A stretch of 40,654 nt of DNA from Octopus sinensis. Taxonomy: Eukaryota. Below the pieces are notes generated by a model. It searched no databases. It was not told the DNA's origin and was given only the letters and a program-made list of their open reading frames with translations. How positions within the stretch are numbered: position 1 is the first letter of the stretch; each line of letters opens with the position of its first letter. A program made the translations under genes and the position numbers. Below are positions 1 to 11,760 of this stretch, piece by piece. The DNA lies in the NCBI RefSeq assembly GCF_006345805.1, contig NW_021835368.1, positions 1 to 40,654 on the forward strand. The letters are read 5' to 3'.

Positions 1-504
1 GAGAGTTACCGCTAAGTGGTTAACTCTAGTGCTAAAAATAGCTCCTTTTTCTGGTATAGCCACCAAGTTGTTTCCAATAAGAAATAACATTGTATCCCTG
101 GTTTTTTATGTGCTAAGCCATTGATAGTATTATTAAATTAATATATAATTTTTCACCCTCATTTATGAATAAATATATATATATATAATACAAAATGGGA
201 CAAGAACGCAAAACATCCGAACAACTAGGTGATTCAAAAAGCAACATGAAACATCCAGATAAACGATACAAAAAAATAAGGGCGGGTCATTCGAAGCCTT
301 TTATCTTCAATCAAGAACCGGATCATTCTCGCAAATACGGCTGATTAATCTCGGGATTGTTCCAATCTGGCCAGCCCCAAGGAAAAACTAAGCTAAGAGC
401 ATTAGATTCCTTGGAAGAAAGCATCGAATGTATACGAAAACAAGGACGGAAAAACAGATATATATATATGAGTCTGTGTGTGTGTGTGTGTGTGTTGGTA
501 TGGT

Positions 505-716
505 GGTTTGAAATTTTGGTTCAAAACCAGTAGGTCCGCGCCAATGGCGATATTCGATGACACCGACCCCAGTACTCAACTAATACTTATTTTATCAACC
601 ACGAAGAATGATGGGCCAAGTCGGCCTCTGCGGAATTTAAAATCAGATCTTAAAGACGGACGAAATGCTGCTAAGTATTTTACGCAGTGTGATAACTATT
701 CTGCCAGCTCACCGAC
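505..716 (-). mobile_element. SINE family A, old diverged form (tRNA-like head plus conserved central domain)
   Basis: The reverse complement aligns by eye with the copies at 1545 and 5734: gagctggcagaatagtt head, aaattccgcagaggccgactt, gataaaataagtattagttgagtactggggtcg. It has many substitutions. Confidence 0.75.
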
Positions 717-718
717 TT

Positions 719-775
719 AACAACAACAACAACAACAACAATAATTGGAAGAAGAAGAAGAAGAAAAAGAAGAAA
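719..775. repeat. (AAC)n then (GAA)n trinucleotide tracts
   Basis: Visible directly, next to the head of the SINE. Confidence 0.9.
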
Positions 776-1239
776 AGGAAGTCCTTTTTCCCTCGTCGTT
801 GCTTTTACGCTTAAATGACCCTAAATTGCTTGATAAATCGCCTTGAGTTAACAAGCCTTAGATTTACAGGAAGATCTCATATGTTTCGAGTGTTACAAGT
901 AGTAGAAAAACAACGTAGAACACATGCAAAAACATGCATTAAATGTTTGCATAATTAGTTTTAATAGTCACATTTATAACAGGATGTCTTGCCTTGAGAT
1001 TTTAATTTGCTGTGCGTCTGAGCAATCGATACGACACATCTTGTAAGACGAAATCCAAAAATAAAAATCGTTAGTGGACCATGAGCAAACTTACAAGGAA
1101 GCGCCACAGCATAAACGTTCTTTTGATGATCTGCCAAGAACCATACGTCTAATATAATCCTAATTAATTCACTTCTTAAGTTGAAGCGCAATCGATTACA
1201 CTTCTGATGCACACGAAAGTGTAATATGCACTCGCCAAC

Positions 1240-1280
<41 letters not shown>
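1240..1280. repeat. Perfect (AAT)n microsatellite
   Basis: Visible directly. Confidence 0.95.
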
Positions 1281-1281
<1 letters not shown>

Positions 1282-1544
1282 AAACTTCGGTGTGGGTTAC
1301 ATTGACGAGATACCAAAAATCAATATGAATAAAAATTCTGCTTAAGCAAAAGACAAACAGACAATATCTCATTGCACCAAAAAGTCTAAGATGGTAACCA
1401 AGCTGCGGTATCAGTTAATAGTAGACGGATTTCGTTTCACTTGTTGGTGTTTTACCGCACTTGATAGCGAATAAAACTCAATTCTTGTTTTAAAAGATGT
1501 CCCAAATATTATCATCACGAGTCTCATATGCGACGTTGGTCCTA

Positions 1545-1777
1545 AGGCGGCGAGCTGGCAGAAAAGTTAGCACGCCGGGCGAAATGCGTAGCCGTATTTC
1601 GTCTGCCGCTACATTCTGAGTTCGAATTCCGCCGAGGTCGACTTTGCCTTTCATCCTTTCGGGGTCGATAAATTAGGTACCAGTTACGCACTGGGATCGA
1701 TATAATCGGCTTAATCCCTTTGTCTGTCCTTGTTTGTCTTCTCTGTGTTTAGCCCCTTGTGGGTAGTAAAGAAATAG
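1545..1777 (+). mobile_element. SINE family A, young form, full length with target-site duplication
   Basis: It has a Pol III A-box-like tggcagaaaagttag and a B-box-like gagttcgaattcc. The central gcctttcatcctttcggggtcgataaattaggtacc resembles the Deu/Nin-type SINE domain (from memory). It ends gtgggtagtaaagaaatag. The flanks gttggtccta (1535-1544) and gttggcccta (1778-1787) match at 9/10. Confidence 0.9.
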
Positions 1778-2364
1778 GTTGGCCCTACATTATATGTTTC
1801 AATACGTTTAAAAAAATTCTTTTTCTAGAATGCATGCTGCTAAATTCAGGACGCGTCTGTCACCTTGCGTCTTTGATACGATCATGCATGGTTGTAAATG
1901 AAGGCCCTAGGTGCTATTTATGTTTTGGCAGCCTTCGGTATGAAAAAAAATCTTTGATGTCTTTCTATCTGAATAAAAGCATCAGTTATCGATATATTCT
2001 TATATGACATCACCGAGCAAAAATCAACCAATTAATCGCTCAGGTAAAGACTGTCGTATAAAGCGGTCTGAAATGCAGAATTAAAAACACAACAGCTTCC
2101 CTGCATTCTCCCCCGGCCATCTCCTAATATCAGGTGTTTCCCTATCTTGTCCTAGAGGCCTCTACTTAATGGAGATAATCCGCCCGTTCCATTGCTTACC
2201 TATAATTATTATTTTATATAAGGATGTAAGGGTTTCCCGATATGAGGTGTCATAACAAAAAAAAACTTCATTTTCCAGCTTTTATCACTTGAACATTCCA
2301 TGTTTCGGTATCTTCCCAAAAAGTTCCTAAATACTTCATGTATAGAATTTCTTGAAGAAATAAC

Positions 2365-2786
2365 TCTCACTCACTCTCTCTCTCTCACACACCTCTCTCA
2401 TACACACACACACACGTCCATACATACAAGGACGTATACACATATACATGCTCACATATACATACGTGCATGTATATATATATGCTAAGATATACATACG
2501 TACATGTATATATATAAACTTACATACTCACAACACGCACACACACATACACACACACACACATATTTATATATATCTATATATATAATATATATATATA
2601 TATAATTTGTGTCTATATATATATATATATATATAGACACAAATTTTCAGAGACATCGTTGCCAGTTAATTGGAAGTTTCTGCTTAATCGTCATACGATC
2701 AATGAATGCTCAGGCGATACTTCGAAGTAACTCTGAACTTCGTAAAAATAAAATACATACAATACTCCGCTGAAAGCCATTTAGTG

Positions 2787-2841
<55 letters not shown>

Positions 2842-2865
2842 GTTAATCCAGTATATATATATATG
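2365..2865. repeat. Compound (CT)/(CA)/(TA) microsatellite block
   Basis: Visible dinucleotide runs at about 2365-2640 and 2790-2865. Confidence 0.85.
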
Positions 2866-2943
2866 TCTTTATGTGCGTGTAAGCGGATGTGTATATATAA
2901 TTATGTATGCATGCTTGTTTATAGGTACGTATACAGGACTCAC

Positions 2944-2982
2944 CACAGTGTATTAAAGTTTCTTACAGTTTTATATAATACA
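2944..2982 (-). other. Candidate 39-nt symmetric microexon
   Basis: The minus strand reads tatgttgtcttcgctttacag|TGTATTATATAAAACTGTAAGAAACTTTAATACACTGTG|gtgagt. One frame is open (xVLYKTVRNFNTLx). No homology recognised. Confidence 0.25.
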
Positions 2983-4654
2983 CTGTAAAGCGAAGACAAC
3001 ATAATGCCGCCATAAGCTATTCTATCCACGCAGTTTTGAAGCCATTAACCTCTCCGATATGGCCTGAAATACGACGAGCGTAACCTATTGAGGGGATAAA
3101 GAAATGTGATTGGAAGTCTGAATTTCCTGTAAGATGAGAAAGTTGTTTACAAAGGATTACGATTTTATGCAAATACGCTTCGGGAAATAAATATTGGAGA
3201 AAGAAAGAGAAAATAAATAAGGAAAGAAAGTTGATAGTCTGTTTCTTGGCTTTAATGTTACATTTTGTATTTATTTTTGCCGAAGGAGAAAGCGTTTCTG
3301 ACTTTCGGTCAAAGGAGAATTAGATCGCGGACAAAGATACCTTTTAGCATCGAAGAGAAAAGAGAAAAAAACTGTAAATCATGCAAATAAATAAATAACT
3401 ATATTACCATTTAGGCTCCCGGTAAAAGGCTGGAATTTCTTTGTTGAAGAATTTAGGTTTTATCTTGATCTGTGAGAGGAGAACTGTTGAAATTTCCGAG
3501 AGACTTCCAACGGTCGCCTCCAGACAAATATGTTTTCTTGAAACACATCCCTAGTCGATTTCAGTAGAAGCGATATAATATACATTACATTTTTCTCATT
3601 GTGTGATCAAAGCTGCAAAAAGTTAATGTACTTCTGTACTTTGAAGTCCAATAATCTCTAAATCTTAATGAAACTCATGATGTTGTATCAAAAGGTCTAC
3701 TTTTTGAGCTCTCCACAATATTTTCTTTCCCTTCATCACTCTCCGCTTCTCCCCTTATATATCTATATATTCGTCTTTCTCTCTATCCTATTAAAAACTG
3801 TATATAGCTCTGTGCTTATTTACATAGACGGTGCTACTACCACAGACTGAATGTCAAGTATACACAACTCTATCCTTGACATTTATTCCCAGAATTGCAA
3901 ATCATTAACGAAGTCTTGCGTTATGAAGTCAAGCAAAATATCCGATATATGATAGGAGTTAATCTAATTTTCTCCAGAGCCAGCTAAAGATATAACTCAA
4001 GTGTTTTGTTTTTGTTTATCAAAGTTATAAACATCTTACAATTCCGGTACGCAAATAACATAGTCTACACAAAGCTCCGTATAATGGCTGTCTCACTCAT
4101 TTTATGTATATCCAGAGCTTAAAAAATATTTCATCTAGAGTTGATCTAAAACCAGTCTTTGTTGTTTAGACAAGCGTTTTGGTTCTGTGCATGCGTTAGT
4201 TAGCCTCTAAGCAAATATTACAGCAGTTGCTAACATGCCTTTCTTCCACAGTGTATCTAGGATTATGTGACTCAATGTGTCCCCTCTTCCTGAAAACATT
4301 TTGCTGTGATTTGAGAGTAGTGCTTTATAGTACAGTAACAGCTAGGCGTCAGTCGCGAGCGATTATAGTTTGCTAGCACGTACCATGCTTTCGCTGAATG
4401 ATTCAGGTGCCTGTGTTGTCGCTAACAGTCATAGACAATCGCTAGGTCTCCTCTGTGACTATTCAGCAGATGACCTACGATGTGAGAGCTGGGGAGAAAG
4501 AGAGAGAGAGAGAGAGAAGCGGGGAGGCTGCATTTTTGCCCAGTTGCTACTTATTATAACGAAGTAGAAAGAAGTAGCATTGAATGAAGAACCTTGCTCA
4601 AGGAGAAAACGCCCCAACTCCATCTTACGCAGGTATTGAATCCACGTCCCTCTC

Positions 4655-4775
4655 TCTCAACATAGTCACCGTTTCTCTCAATAGCAATGTTCCACCTTCG
4701 AATGAGAGAATGTATCCCTGCCCCGTAAAATTCTGTTGTTGGTTCTTTGAGCCACTTATTCACTACAGTTTCATG
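4655..4775 (-). mobile_element. Mariner transposase C-terminal remnant
   Basis: Translates to ETVVNKWLKEPTTEFYGAGIHSLIRRWNIAIERNGDYVE. This matches the mariner C-terminal pattern W..Q...FY..GI..L..RW..C....GDY.E. Confidence 0.85.
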
Positions 4776-5214
4776 AACAAAACACGTTAAACATTAGGCC
4801 ATACCTCTTCACGATTCGAGGGAAGTTTGGCTGCTATCGATCGACCTCTTACGCTGAGGTTGTTTCGTTTGCAACATGGCTGGCAAAGTTGCCAAGAGAG
4901 ACGCTAGAAAGATATTGAAGATATGTCACTACTGACGTTTCGTTGTATGTTATAACACAGTACGGGCCCAGAGCTTAGTTAAATGTCTAATTTATGTCAG
5001 CGGAGGTTTTGCAAAGTGATCTAACAATCAATTCTAACGTCGGTGTAAAACTGAAATATTTTACAGTTTGGCGCAGTTATATAATTTGTCTACACAAGTT
5101 GTCCATGACATGCCGTCTACTTCAGCATTCAGAAAATAAAAAAAAAACGTAGTAAGTTAGAATTGTTTGCGCGTCAAACAAATTGCCTGTGGTCTTTTTC
5201 CTTGAGTCCCTTGC

Positions 5215-5300
5215 ACTTTGAGTTCAAATCCAGCCGACATCAACCTTGTCTTTTTTCCTTTCACGTGTTCACAAAATTATGGACCAGACAAACTACTGCT
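5215..5300 (+). mobile_element. Very decayed SINE family A fragment
   Basis: gagttcaaatccagccgacatcaaccttgtcttttttcctttc resembles gagttcaaattccgccgaggtcgactttgcctttcatcctttc. Confidence 0.5.
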
Positions 5301-5508
5301 ACTAATTTAATATTCCTGTAAATCAACCTAGATATGCACTGAATTGTAATTGGAAATAAAGTAGTTTAAGGAGCGTTTAAACTCAGTTTTGTTCGAGTTA
5401 ATACGTCGGCTAATTCTAGGTTATTTTTCTTTCAAGCCCTCCGTCGGTGACGACGACGAGGGTTCCAGTTGATCCCTTCAACAGGACTGCCTGCTCGTGA
5501 AAGTAACC

Positions 5509-5644
5509 TACGAGGGTGAGACAGAAAGTAACGTCATTTTGTGTAGGACAGGTATAATTGGCAACACAGGAACATGTATCATATATCAAAATGAAGTTGG
5601 TCCTCTGTGGTCCTCAACGTAGTCACCGGTTCTCACAATGTTCC
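5509..5644 (-). mobile_element. Mariner 3' end with terminal inverted repeat (same family as 4655-4775)
   Basis: The minus strand ggaacattgtgagaaccggtgactacgttgag matches ggaacattgctattgagagaaacggtgactatgttgag in the upstream remnant. It ends ...ttactttctgtctcaccctcg|ta, a TA-CGAGGG mariner-type terminus. Confidence 0.75.
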
Positions 5645-5733
5645 AAAATAACTGAACGAGCGAGCGTTATTATGTTAGACATTGTTATGCTGAGTCTGTG
5701 AGAAAGTTACGTTAATGGTATATGTATCCGTAT

Positions 5734-5965
5734 AAGGCGGCGAGATGGCAGAAACGTTAGCACGCCGGGCGAAATGCTTAGCGGTATTTCGTCTGCGTTA
5801 CGTTATGAGTTCAAATTCCGCCGAGGTCGACTTTGCCTTTCATCCTTTCGGGGTCGATAAATTAAGTACCAGTTACGCACTGGGTTCGATGTAATCGACT
5901 TAATACCTATGTATGTCCATGTTTGTTCCCTCTGTGTTTAGCCCCTTGTGGGTAATAAAGAAATA
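5734..5965 (+). mobile_element. SINE family A, young form, full length with 15-bp target-site duplication
   Basis: Nearly identical to 1545-1777. The flanks ggtatatgtatccgt (5717-5731) and ggtatatgtgtccgt (5966-5980) match at 14/15. Confidence 0.92.
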
Positions 5966-6509
5966 GGTATATGTGTCCGTGGAATATTTGACCACTTCCA
6001 TGTTAATTCACGGATATTGCTAGTTCATTTTATAGAACAACTAAAAAAAATTAATGTTCAGCAATTTCACCAGAGATTCAGGCTTTATGGATTCTGCTGT
6101 GAAATACGTTCCAAGAAGGAAATCCAGGAACTATATTACAAAAAAATTAAAATATTTGCTCAGGATGTTCCGCCCTGCAGCTACCGGATTCGATCTTTCA
6201 TACATATATATATATATATAATATCAATAATAAAGGGTGAAATTAATTAATTTGGAATAATCATTAATTTCACCAAGTAGAGTTCGGCATGTAAAAGCCC
6301 CATTCAAGGAATGTTTAAGTAATACTAAGTAATTAAGGGTTTAGCAACGATTTGCCTCACCACACACCGATTTTAGAAATAGCAGTCAAAGAGTTTTGGC
6401 TATTCTTTCTACTTAAAAGGGAGATCCCAGTAAAACCACAACGCTTAAAAAGCAAACAACGCAGGCAAAAGAGAAAGAGATGACGACAATCATTCTATAT
6501 TAAGTCACC

Positions 6510-6549
<40 letters not shown>

Positions 6550-6564
6550 TATGAATATGTATGT

Positions 6565-6803
6565 AGGTGCAGCAGTGGTAAATAGCTTGCCTACCAACCG
6601 CATGGTTCTGGGTTCAGTCCCACTCTGTGGAACCTTGGGCAAGTGTCTTCAACTATAGCCTCGGGCCGACCAAAGCGTTGTGAGTGGATTTGGTATACGG
6701 AAACTGAATGAACCTTGTCGTATATGTATATGTATAAATGTGAGAGTGTGTATGTGTCTGTGTGTCTGTATTTGTCCCCCCATGATCGCTTGACAAGCGA
6801 TAG
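6565..6803 (+). mobile_element. SINE family B (tRNA head plus CORE-like domain, OR2-like), 3'-truncated
   Basis: It has a B-box-like ggttcagtccc and a CORE-like ccttgggcaagtgtcttc. It matches the full copy at 30197, includes the internal (TA)(TG) tract and ends in (AG)n. Confidence 0.85.
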
Positions 6804-7055
6804 AGAGATAGAGAGAGAGAGAGAGAGGGAGAAGGAGAACCATAAAGAGAGTGATAAATATGTGTTGAGAGAGGAAAGGCGTAAGGGACAGAAAGAGCCC
6901 GATGCAGGCAGTTGAAGAGTGGCAAATATGTCGATCTAAAAGCTGAGTTCCTTCACGTAGCAAATTATTTTTTTGATTAATTATAACAGAAGACCTTCTC
7001 GTTGAGACGCAGAATTCCCAAATCAAATCTGATTTTCTCGAACACGCACCGCATC

Positions 7056-7091
7056 GGAGCCTTTCTGCCCACATTCATACACACATACAAC

Positions 7092-7133
<42 letters not shown>

Positions 7134-7187
7134 ATATTTATATATACACATATATATACATATATATACATATATATACACACACAC

Positions 7188-7236
<49 letters not shown>

Positions 7237-7435
7237 TATATATATATATATATACATATATAATTGTATGCATATGTAAATACACAAAGATTACTTATAT
7301 GCATATATTTAAACAAACAGATACATATGCATACACACGCGCATATACATACACACACATATATACAAACACACACACACATATATATATATATATGTGT
7401 GTGTGTGTGTATATATATGTATATATATATATGTG

Positions 7436-7486
<51 letters not shown>

Positions 7487-7522
7487 GTTGTATGTGTGTA
7501 TGAATGTGGGCAGAAAGGCTCC
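7056..7522. repeat. 467-bp foldback (long inverted repeat with microsatellite arms)
   Basis: 7056-7094 ggagcctttctgcccacattcatacacacatacaacata is the exact reverse complement of 7484-7522. The mirrored (TA)/(CA)/(TG) pattern continues inward for roughly 150 bp. Confidence 0.92.
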
Positions 7523-8231
7523 TATATATATATATATATATATATATTTACACACCTATCTGTATACATACATATATATTCAAATATGTAAATATACGTA
7601 TGCACATACACACACACACGCATGTATATACGTAAATGCTTACGTACGTATACATATATGTATGTGTCTTTGAGTGTGTATGTATGCCTGTAAGTATATC
7701 TGGGCGTATGCTTGCATATTTGTTTGTACATCAAATAAAATCCAACTCGATTCTTTTGATTATGGATAATAAACTCCCTTTGAAAGACAAATCGTACTAA
7801 TAACACAGCCAAGGGCGCTAAAACGCTGCAAATAGACAACTGCTACACATAACGCCTGACTAGGCCTGATTTTTCAAATGAGCTGGCCAAATAAATATAA
7901 TGGAAGATACACGATTCAGCAAATATATATTTACTTCATAATGATATATATACATGATGGAGCGAGATTATACGTTACAGCATAAAGAATTGTGTATACT
8001 TATTGATCAGTCGCAACACTGCTTTTTCGAAATTTATCTACCGCCCATTTATGGTGTACTATTCTGGGAGAAACATCGTATATCACATTCACATATGAAT
8101 GCGTTACTGTAGTAGAAGCACACTTGAAGATTTTTTCTTGTAGTTACCATTCACCTTTACCCCATCACTGTCTCTCTCTTCACTCTCTCTCCTTCTTTCT
8201 TTTCTTTTGGCTCTTTCTTGGTGGTTTGTCA

Positions 8232-8297
<66 letters not shown>

Positions 8298-8302
8298 GTG
8301 TA

Positions 8303-8363
<61 letters not shown>

Positions 8364-8365
<2 letters not shown>

Positions 8366-8516
8366 CTACTATAGCCTCGGGCCGACCAAAACCTTGTGAG
8401 CGGATTTGGTAGACGGAAACTGAAAGAAGCCCGTTGTATATATACATGTATATATGTGTGTTTGTTATTTGTGTCTGTATTTGTCCCCATACCATCGCTT
8501 GACAAACGATGCTGGT
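8364..8516 (+). mobile_element. SINE family B internal fragment
   Basis: ctactatagcctcgggccgaccaaaaccttgtgagcggatttggtagacggaaactgaaagaagccc ... cgcttgacaaacgatgctggt, flanked by microsatellites. Confidence 0.85.
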
Positions 8517-8534
8517 AAGAAAAGCACCCATCCC

Positions 8535-8567
<33 letters not shown>

Positions 8568-8652
8568 CACACACACACACACAACACACACACTATATAT
8601 ATATATATATATATATAACTTTGATAACATTGATATTGTTTCTTTCCGCCCA

Positions 8653-9330
8653 TTAGACAAGAGCAAACAGATCTGACTGAAAGCATGTTCGGTCTCCCAT
8701 GCCGTTTATGACTTTCTGGAGTTTGAAATCATCTACAAAGGTTTTCACTGTAGAAAGTTTGATGACATCTACTATGTCGTTTATGTAAATAATGAAGAGG
8801 AGTCGGCCCAACACAGTACCTTGTGGGACGCCACTACTGACTTTGGCTGAGCTGGATCGTATTCCTTCAAACACAGAATGTTGGGTTCCGTTTGTCAGGA
8901 ATCACTTTATCCACTGCAGCAGCTTTCCACGGACTCAACAGGATTTTATGGTCCATTTTGTCAAATGCCTTGCTGAAATCAAGGTATATGGCGTCAGTGT
9001 TGGAACCCTCTTCCAACGCTTTTAAGATGTCATCAAAATGGTGCAGAAGCTGCGACAGGCAGTCCCTGCCATTACAGAAAACATGCTGGTTTAAGGATAT
9101 GAGAAAGGAGTGAAATCGGACGGTAGTTCACTGGAAGAGATTTGTTTCCATTTTTGAAGACTGGAATGACAGACTGGGATAGAAAATGATCAGGAATGTA
9201 GCCTGCAACAAGTGAATTTCTCCAGAGCTCAGCTAGAGGGGGTGCAAATTGATGTGGACACATCTTCAGGACAGGGGCCGGGAACCTATCGGGAGCTACT
9301 GCCTAGTTGTGTTTGATCTTATCTATTTCT
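8653..9330 (-). mobile_element. CR1/L2-group LINE reverse-transcriptase remnant (frameshifted, internally deleted)
   Basis: Motifs occur in the expected order: AVAPDRFPAPVLKMC; VIPVFKNGNKSLPVNYRPISLLS; QHVFCNGRDCLSQLL..FDDI..ALEEG..TDAIYLDFSKAFDKMDHKILL; SGVPQGTVLGRLLFIIYINDI..FVDD. Confidence 0.93.
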
Positions 9331-9366
9331 GATAGGATGAAGAAATAAATGGTATAGTTATCCACT

Positions 9367-9367
<1 letters not shown>

Positions 9368-9404
<37 letters not shown>

Positions 9405-9473
9405 TATATATATGGATACATATATACATATGATATATATAGATACATATATACATATGGATATATATATATT

Positions 9474-9519
<46 letters not shown>

Positions 9520-9595
9520 ATATATATATATATAATATATATATATTATATATATATAATATACATACATATATATTGTGTGTGTGTCTATATCT
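9368..9595. repeat. Interrupted (TA)n microsatellite
   Basis: Visible directly. Confidence 0.9.
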
Positions 9596-10609
9596 GAGTG
9601 TATGTTTGCCATTCCTTAGATGGAAAACCAGTACTGTGCCAATTTTATGCCAATGTAAGCATTTGATAAATTTCTTACGATCGATAAAATGTGAACTGGG
9701 CTGAAATAAGTTTTCGTGTTGTTAGGAATGACCGAACTTATTGAAAGGAATGCCGTAACACCAAGTCTGTCCAATGTATAGAAAGTGTTTTAGACCATTT
9801 CGGACAGGATTTGAGACGATAGAATACAACAGTCCAATATTTTTGGTCTAACTCGCTGAAAAAATGCAAAAATGCACTTGTTTGTTATGAACCTCCATGT
9901 TATGATGTTGGTATTCAGACATCAATCTTTGAATTTTACACATACAACGCAATTCAATGATTAAGATGGTTTGTATAAAATGCAAAAATAGATGCGGCAT
10001 AATTTCCTGCAAACTCTTGATTTTTGTCCCCTTATAGCTCTGAGTCATTGTTTTAATCACGTGATCTTTGATAGATCGTTCTCTACTGCGTCGGTGTACT
10101 CTGCACTCTTCGTCTGTTACGTTACAGATTGTGAATTTTTATCACCCAATTCAACAGCCGTGGCATTCCAAATCCTGTTAACCGCGAAATGAGTTTGTAT
10201 TCGATAAACTCTCAATCTATTAACAAGAGATCTAAATGAAAGATTACCACAAATACTTGTGGTACCCCCAAGAGGTATAGAAGTGGGGAAAAACTGGCTA
10301 TAAGTTGCCAAAATGTGTACGTAATGCTAGCAAAACTAAAATAGGCCGAAACTACGCTGTGGGTGAATTTAAAACGATGAATATTATTTAGAATACTGAC
10401 AAGGACAAAATGCTGTTGTATTATCTTATTTCCAAAACAACAAGAAGTGGAAGGGTTAGCAAACCAAATATATATTTCCTTAAGATAATAGGCCATCAAA
10501 CAACGGTGGCCAACCAGTTTGCTGCGTGCCAAATGAAAATAGAGAAAAAAAAACAGGAACGTGAACAAAACTATTTCTATTTTCGTGAGTTCTAAATGTG
10601 TCAACAAGG

Positions 10610-10930
10610 TTTCGAAAACGATTTGTAACTCATAACACCGGTGGTGTAGAAAAATGTCCTAATGTAGACGATAGTGTAATAATTAGATACAGGGCTGAAT
10701 ATAATATTGAAGAAGATGGCGGTTATGTTGATGAACAGATTATAAATGTCGATGAAATCCCAGCATTCTAGAAATGAATGATTAACAGAATTGTTTAAGA
10801 ACGAAAGAAAATTGGCAGTCTGGTTTCAAATGTGATGATTAGAAATTAACCCTTCTATGAGATGGAATTGTTGGCGGTGATGCAAAATATAAACCCAAGT
10901 TAATCCATTAATCAGAAAACCAATATGATG
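10610..10930 (+). mobile_element. Tigger/pogo-type DDE transposase fossil
   Basis: Broken translation FRKRFVTHN ... IEEDGGYVDEQIINVDE ... SGFKCDD*KLTLL*DGIVGGDAKYKPKLIH*SEN. This follows the Tigger pattern IIEEGGY..EQ.FN.DETGL ... SGFK..KDRLTLLLGGNASGD.K.KP..VYHSENP. Confidence 0.8.
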
Positions 10931-11203
10931 TGCTTAGTTCTACATGGGATTTATTCTCAATTTATTGGATTTCTGATAAAAAAAAATATCACGTCACAAA
11001 ATAACAAGGAAATAAGGAAAGGACTTTCACGCCACAAGCGGCCAAAACTTGAAGCAAACAGATTTATGGGTTTATCAAATAAGAAATAAGCATGTTTGTG
11101 AAGGAAGTATTCTGCAAATATAGAAATACATAGACAGAAACATACAGGTATACATACATACAGGTATATATATGCACGCCTCACTCTCTCTTATGTAGTA
11201 AGT

Positions 11204-11374
11204 AGATCTAGACAAGTCCTCTACTCCTAACCTTCCAAGGGAAAAAGAAATCATGGGAGGCCTAAACTGAGATTCAAAGATTCTACAGAAAGGAATACGA
11301 AGTGGAAAGGAAGTGATTATAATAAATGACGAACTCAAGCGAAAACCTGATCAGTATGGAGTAAGCTTACCAAG
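11204..11374 (+). mobile_element. RTE-clade LINE ORF C-terminal remnant
   Basis: Translates to RQVLYS*PSKGKRNHGRPKLRFKDSTERNTKWKG...*RTQAKT*SVWSKLTK. This matches the RTE C-terminal pattern PKQLLY..L..GKR..GRP.LR.KD..KR.LK...W...A..R..W. Confidence 0.75.
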
Positions 11375-11726
11375 TCATGCCACAGCCACTGACTAAAGAT
11401 AACTGGATCAAGAATTTTCCGGAATTCGTAATATACGTCTTTCTTTCCGTTTTGTAACCAATGGCATTTTAATGCTCTTGAATAAACACATCCTGTGTCC
11501 TCTAGTAATTTTTATCGGCTTACATTTCAGTCCGTTTACTGAGAAGGTTGTCAGGAAAGACTCCAGCTACTAACTTCTACTTAGTACGCCAGCAGTGACC
11601 AATAACTGTTACCTTGTGCTTTTGTATATACATACTCATATATATATGATACATCCTTAGCCACTACACACATTTTTTCTCTCCTTTTTTCTCCCCTTGT
11701 TTCTCTCCATGTTTTTTCTGTGTCCC

Positions 11727-11760
11727 TTTCTGTAGAAGAGCGTAGGCTCGAAACGTAAAA
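11727..11760 (+). ncRNA. Minimal hammerhead-ribozyme-like motif (Penelope-type), with a core substitution
   Basis: ttt CTGTAGA A GAGC-gtag-GCTC GAAA CG TA aaa. Stem II has 4 bp, stem III is the palindrome ACGT, stem I is a short ttt/aaa. Position 6 of the CUGANGA box is T instead of A. Confidence 0.4.

Noticed and set aside
190-460. Segment that looks like a dispersed repeat end (possibly Penelope-associated); similar impression at 6200-6420 and 18170-18400
   Set aside because: Each is single-copy in this window with no diagnostic motif, so it cannot be supported without a repeat-library search.
1545-1640. tRNA gene call for SINE heads
   Set aside because: The A and B boxes are present but spaced too far apart and followed by a SINE body. 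These are tRNA-derived SINEs, not tRNA genes.
4896-4980. gcaacATGGCTGGCAAAG start-like context (MAGKVAKRDARK...)
   Set aside because: The frame stops after about 33 codons, with no convincing donor and no homology recognised.
9720-9860. Minus-strand GLLYSI...YIGQT resembling a GIY-YIG motif, plus a strong acceptor near 9856
   Set aside because: The spacing is too long, the downstream R...EH residues are missing, and all frames close quickly without a good donor.
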